Source: an uncultured Methanosarcinales archaeon
Lineage (GTDB): Archaea > Nanobdellota > Nanobdellia > Woesearchaeales > CG1-02-33-12
Length of the DNA: 36,452 nt
Assembly: GCA_964458955.1 (NCBI GenBank)
Contig: CAYWLA010000002.1
Location: forward strand, 1 to 36,452
Direction: 5' to 3'
The first letter of the stretch is position 1, and each line of letters begins with the position of its first letter. Positions 33,745 to 36,452 of the stretch are shown here, one piece after another. The notes below the pieces were generated by a model that did not search any database, was not told where the DNA came from, and worked only from the letters and a program-made list of their open reading frames with translations. The translations under genes and the position numbers were made by a program.

Positions 33745-33816
33745 TATAAATAAATACGGCTGCCGGGATTCGAACCCGAATTGCGACCTTGGGAAGGTCG
33801 AATCATAGCCATTAGA
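33745..33816 (-). tRNA. tRNA-Gly (CCC)
   Basis: The reverse complement folds with acceptor ACGGCTG/CAGCCGT, anticodon arm CGACC-TTCCCAA-GGTCG (anticodon CCC), T arm TCGGG-TTCGAAT-CCCGG and discriminator A. The D stem is weak (3 bp plus a mismatch). No CCA is encoded. Confidence 0.8.
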
Positions 33817-33877
33817 CCACAGCCGTATAATAACCAAGAAAACAAAGGGATTTAAAAGATTTTTGGAAAAAGCTTGT

Positions 33878-34525
33878 TTATGATTTGCTAATTAATATAA
33901 TTAAATCCCTGCCGAATGTATTTGAGCTTAAAATTTTAAATTTCTCTTCTCTTAAAAGTCTTTTTAATTCCCAGGGTGTAAAGAAGTAATAATATCTTTG
34001 GTAAGGTTCTTTGCGTATGTGCCATGGTATAAAAATATTCTTCTTCCTAAACAAAAATCTTAGCTGAAATTTGTTCCGCAGAATTATAAGTGCCTTGCCT
34101 TTATGTTTTAGAACTCTCCATATCTCCCTTATTGCTTGAATCCTTTCATCTTTATTTAGGTGATGCAGTATAAATATAGATAAAACATAGTCAAAGTACT
34201 GCGATTTGAATGGCAATTTTGTTGCGTATGCTTGTTTCAGATTGACATTCAGCATATGCTTTTTACAGTATTTTTCTGCTATTTCCAGCATTTTATTGCT
34301 AAAATCAATACCATAGCAGTTGAATTCATTATATGAAAAAGACAGTAGATTGCGGCAATTTCCGCAGCCTATATCAAGAATTTTTCCATGCTGCCAGGTT
34401 TCTGCATATTCTTTAAGTATCAGAGCGATTTTCTGCAATGGTTTTTGTCTGGATAAATTCCAGTTTGATGCAATTGTGTTCCAAATTTTTCTCTGTGCTT
34501 TCTGGGTTGTTAATTCCTTTGCCAT
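33878..34525 (-). CDS. Class I SAM-dependent methyltransferase
   Basis: Motif I is ILDIGCGNCRN, followed by an acidic post-I residue (YGIDFS) and Rossmann-like order. ATG 34525 is preferred over TTG 34564. Confidence 0.8.
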   Translation of the reverse strand: MAKELTTQKAQRKIWNTIASNWNLSRQKPLQKIALILKEYAETWQHGKILDIGCGNCRNLLSFSYNEFNCYGIDFSNKMLEIAEKYCKKHMLNVNLKQAYATKLPFKSQYFDYVLSIFILHHLNKDERIQAIREIWRVLKHKGKALIILRNKFQLRFLFRKKNIFIPWHIRKEPYQRYYYFFTPWELKRLLREEKFKILSSNTFGRDLIILISKS

Positions 34526-34527
34526 TG

Positions 34528-35106
34528 TTATCTTCCTTGCACAAGAAATATTATTGTTGCACAAATTATCCCTACAAATATCATCCTAAAACCAGCCAAA
34601 ACCAAATTCTCCTTATTAAGCTTACCAAGAAAAGCTCCTATAAAGAATAATACAGAAAAGGCGAGAACAATTGAGATGTAGTAAGCCATTTTGAGATTTG
34701 CTATAAAGATGAAAGGTAATATTATGAATAAAGCAACAAGTATTGAAGGCAAGCCATTAACCAAAGCAAGGATGAATGCTGCAAATTTATGGGCTCTTGC
34801 TATAGGCGATTTTTTCAGGCTTATTGATATTTTTCTTTCGAGCTTTTTTATCTTGCTTTTTCTCTCTGCATTCTCTGCCATATAGGCCCCTGAGATTCCA
34901 GAAACAGTAACAGCAATTGCCGCACCTATTATTGTTGTGATAATAATCTCACTTCCAAGATTTGAAAAGAAGCTTGCAAGTAAAATACCCAATGTCATTA
35001 GAACACTATCAAAAATATTCATTGTAAAATATCTTCTTGCGATTTCGTTTATTTCTGCTATTTCCCAGAAATTTTTCACATTTCTAAGAGTTTTTTTGTA
35101 ATTCAT
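34528..35106 (-). CDS. VIT1/CCC1-family (iron/manganese transporter-like) membrane protein
   Basis: ARRYFTMNIFDSVLMTLGIL and GAAIAVTVSGISGAYMAENAERKS resemble the VIT family signature (G-x-x-D-G..., G-E-Y-x-S). It has 5 TM helices. ATG 35106 is preferred over TTG 35130. Confidence 0.55.
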   Translation of the reverse strand: MNYKKTLRNVKNFWEIAEINEIARRYFTMNIFDSVLMTLGILLASFFSNLGSEIIITTIIGAAIAVTVSGISGAYMAENAERKSKIKKLERKISISLKKSPIARAHKFAAFILALVNGLPSILVALFIILPFIFIANLKMAYYISIVLAFSVLFFIGAFLGKLNKENLVLAGFRMIFVGIICATIIFLVQGR

Positions 35107-35280
35107 TTTACCTTTTTTAAAATTAAACAACTTTATATCCTATTTTAGGAGATTAACTAAAGCTTATTTAATTTTAGTTTAGTCAATATACATTAAAATA
35201 AGGAATATATAAATATTGCTATAAAAAGAAATTCGCATTCTCTATAAGGCAGGAGGTGAGATTGGTTTAGAAGAGTTTTG

Positions 35281-35295
35281 AAAAGGTTTATTAAG
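35281..35295 (+). promoter_or_regulatory. BRE/TATA-like promoter (AAAAGGTTTATTAAG)
   Basis: It lies ~25-30 nt upstream of GTG 35311 / ATG 35320. Confidence 0.4.
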
Positions 35296-35319
35296 TAATT
35301 CTACTTTTAAGTGGTTATT

Positions 35320-36378
35320 ATGAGCAACTCAAAAAATAATTGGGCAATGTATTTTGAAGGAATCCCTAAAGGAGAAATAAAGAAAAAAAAACTCATAAAG
35401 GATGAGTTTAAGAGTATAGAAGAAATAATTGAAACTCTTTCTGGGATTAAACAAAATGAGTATATTTACATTCAAAAAGGGGTTAATACCCTGCCAAGAG
35501 TAAGTGACGGAACTATTGTTTCAGGCAACTGGTTCTGGAAGAGAGGAAAAACAGCGAATGTCCCATATATAACAGCAGGTAAGTGTAAAAAAGACAGAAT
35601 AAATCCTCAGGAAGAAGTTATAAAAACACTGGAAAAAATAAGCAATTCAAAGTATAAGGATTTTTACAGAAGAGGAACTAGCTGGACAGGTATAATTGAC
35701 AAAAGAAAGAGAATAATCCCTTTAATATATTTGGTTTTAGGGTATAAACTTTATGCGTTGATGGAGCAAGAGGGAATAAAGCCAAGAGTTAGGGGTTATG
35801 GAAACCAGGCAAGGGTAGAAGGGATTATCTCAAGATATGACCCAAATGAGCAAAGAGATATTGATTTAAGGTCTTTGCCAGTAACAAAAAAGGATGGTGA
35901 ATATTTTGCAGAAGTTTGGAACCTTGAATCACATAGCACTTCACCAGGATGGTCATTCAGGACAATTGATCATAAATACAAGCCAAAGGAAATCGTTTTT
36001 GGACCTGAAGAAATAGCAGCATATATTTTTAGGTCAACAACAGAAAAAATTTACAGAAAAAAGAGAGACAAATCATACAGGAAAATAACAATAGAAGAAG
36101 AACCAGAACCTATTATGCTAAATCCTTTTTTGATACCATCGCCCTTGCTTGTAGAATTCAATCATAAATTGAGCAATAATATAATAACATACCATGAGAT
36201 AATAAAAGATGATGGAAGAAAAGAAGATAGTGATAAAAAATTGATTTACAGCCAAAGAAACTGTTTATTATTTCATGCAGTAGGAATAAAGAAACCAAGG
36301 AGTTGCTTTATTGTTAGTGAGAATTTAAACAAGCAGGTTATCAAATTTATTAAAAGTTATATAAATAAAATAGAATAA
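35320..36378 (+). CDS. Hypothetical protein (352 aa orphan)
   Basis: A long uninterrupted ORF with a promoter box and non-repetitive, protein-like composition. No catalytic or binding motif recognised. Confidence 0.5.
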   Translation: MSNSKNNWAMYFEGIPKGEIKKKKLIKDEFKSIEEIIETLSGIKQNEYIYIQKGVNTLPRVSDGTIVSGNWFWKRGKTANVPYITAGKCKKDRINPQEEVIKTLEKISNSKYKDFYRRGTSWTGIIDKRKRIIPLIYLVLGYKLYALMEQEGIKPRVRGYGNQARVEGIISRYDPNEQRDIDLRSLPVTKKDGEYFAEVWNLESHSTSPGWSFRTIDHKYKPKEIVFGPEEIAAYIFRSTTEKIYRKKRDKSYRKITIEEEPEPIMLNPFLIPSPLLVEFNHKLSNNIITYHEIIKDDGRKEDSDKKLIYSQRNCLLFHAVGIKKPRSCFIVSENLNKQVIKFIKSYINKIE

Positions 36379-36393
36379 AAATAAAAAAAACTA

Positions 36394-36452
36394 TCAGTCC
36401 TCTTCTTCCTCAGGATTATAGCTAGGCACAGCTGCCTTGCTTATTATTATTA
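36394..36452 (-). CDS. 3' end of a gene continuing beyond the window (partial)
   Basis: The minus-strand frame reads ...IIISKAAVPSYNPEEEED* with TGA at 36394-36396. Only ~19 codons are visible. Confidence 0.3.
   Translation of the reverse strand, partial: IIISKAAVPSYNPEEEED

Noticed and set aside
1-36452. Stop-codon reassignment, a diversity-generating retroelement, or CRISPR-Cas, all known from some DPANN/CPR genomes
   Set aside because: All recognised genes read through cleanly with the standard code. I found no reverse-transcriptase motif, template/variable repeat pair, cas gene or spacer-repeat array.

Overview
Visibly AT-rich (roughly one-third G+C by eye), gene-dense archaeal chromosome segment. 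The core genes are archaeal information-processing and housekeeping genes: TFS, archaeal-type signal peptidase, NMD3, class-I CCA-adding enzyme, SMC, a single-OB SSB with an acidic tail, eukaryote/archaea-type GlyRS, RFC large subunit and Mre11. BRE/TATA-like boxes sit about 25-30 nt upstream of many ATGs, and GGAGGT Shine-Dalgarno motifs occur within operons. Together with many small orphan, secreted or membrane proteins, this fits a small-genome DPANN-like archaeon (inference only). There are two tRNAs, Phe-GAA and Gly-CCC, neither with an encoded CCA. Four accessory or mobile regions stand out. (1) A tnpA-only IS200-like element at the left edge has a heavily structured leader. (2) An MNT/HepT toxin-antitoxin pair carries twin palindromic operators and is followed by an NDT/SLOG-like orphan. 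(3) A 1.29-kb cassette of two orphan genes sits at the 3' end of rfcL, bracketed by ~220-bp direct repeats (152-bp perfect core) that duplicate the rfcL 3' end. (4) A ~1-kb HTH/nucleotidyltransferase module next to tRNA-Gly is split over three successive +1 frames and bracketed by mirror-image pairs of 13-bp GTTAAT-N-ATTAAC palindromes. Regions (3) and (4) are my best candidates for something undescribed. I recognised no CRISPR array, cas gene, rRNA, reverse transcriptase, integrase or tnpB. All domain calls come from motif recognition by eye, not from searches.
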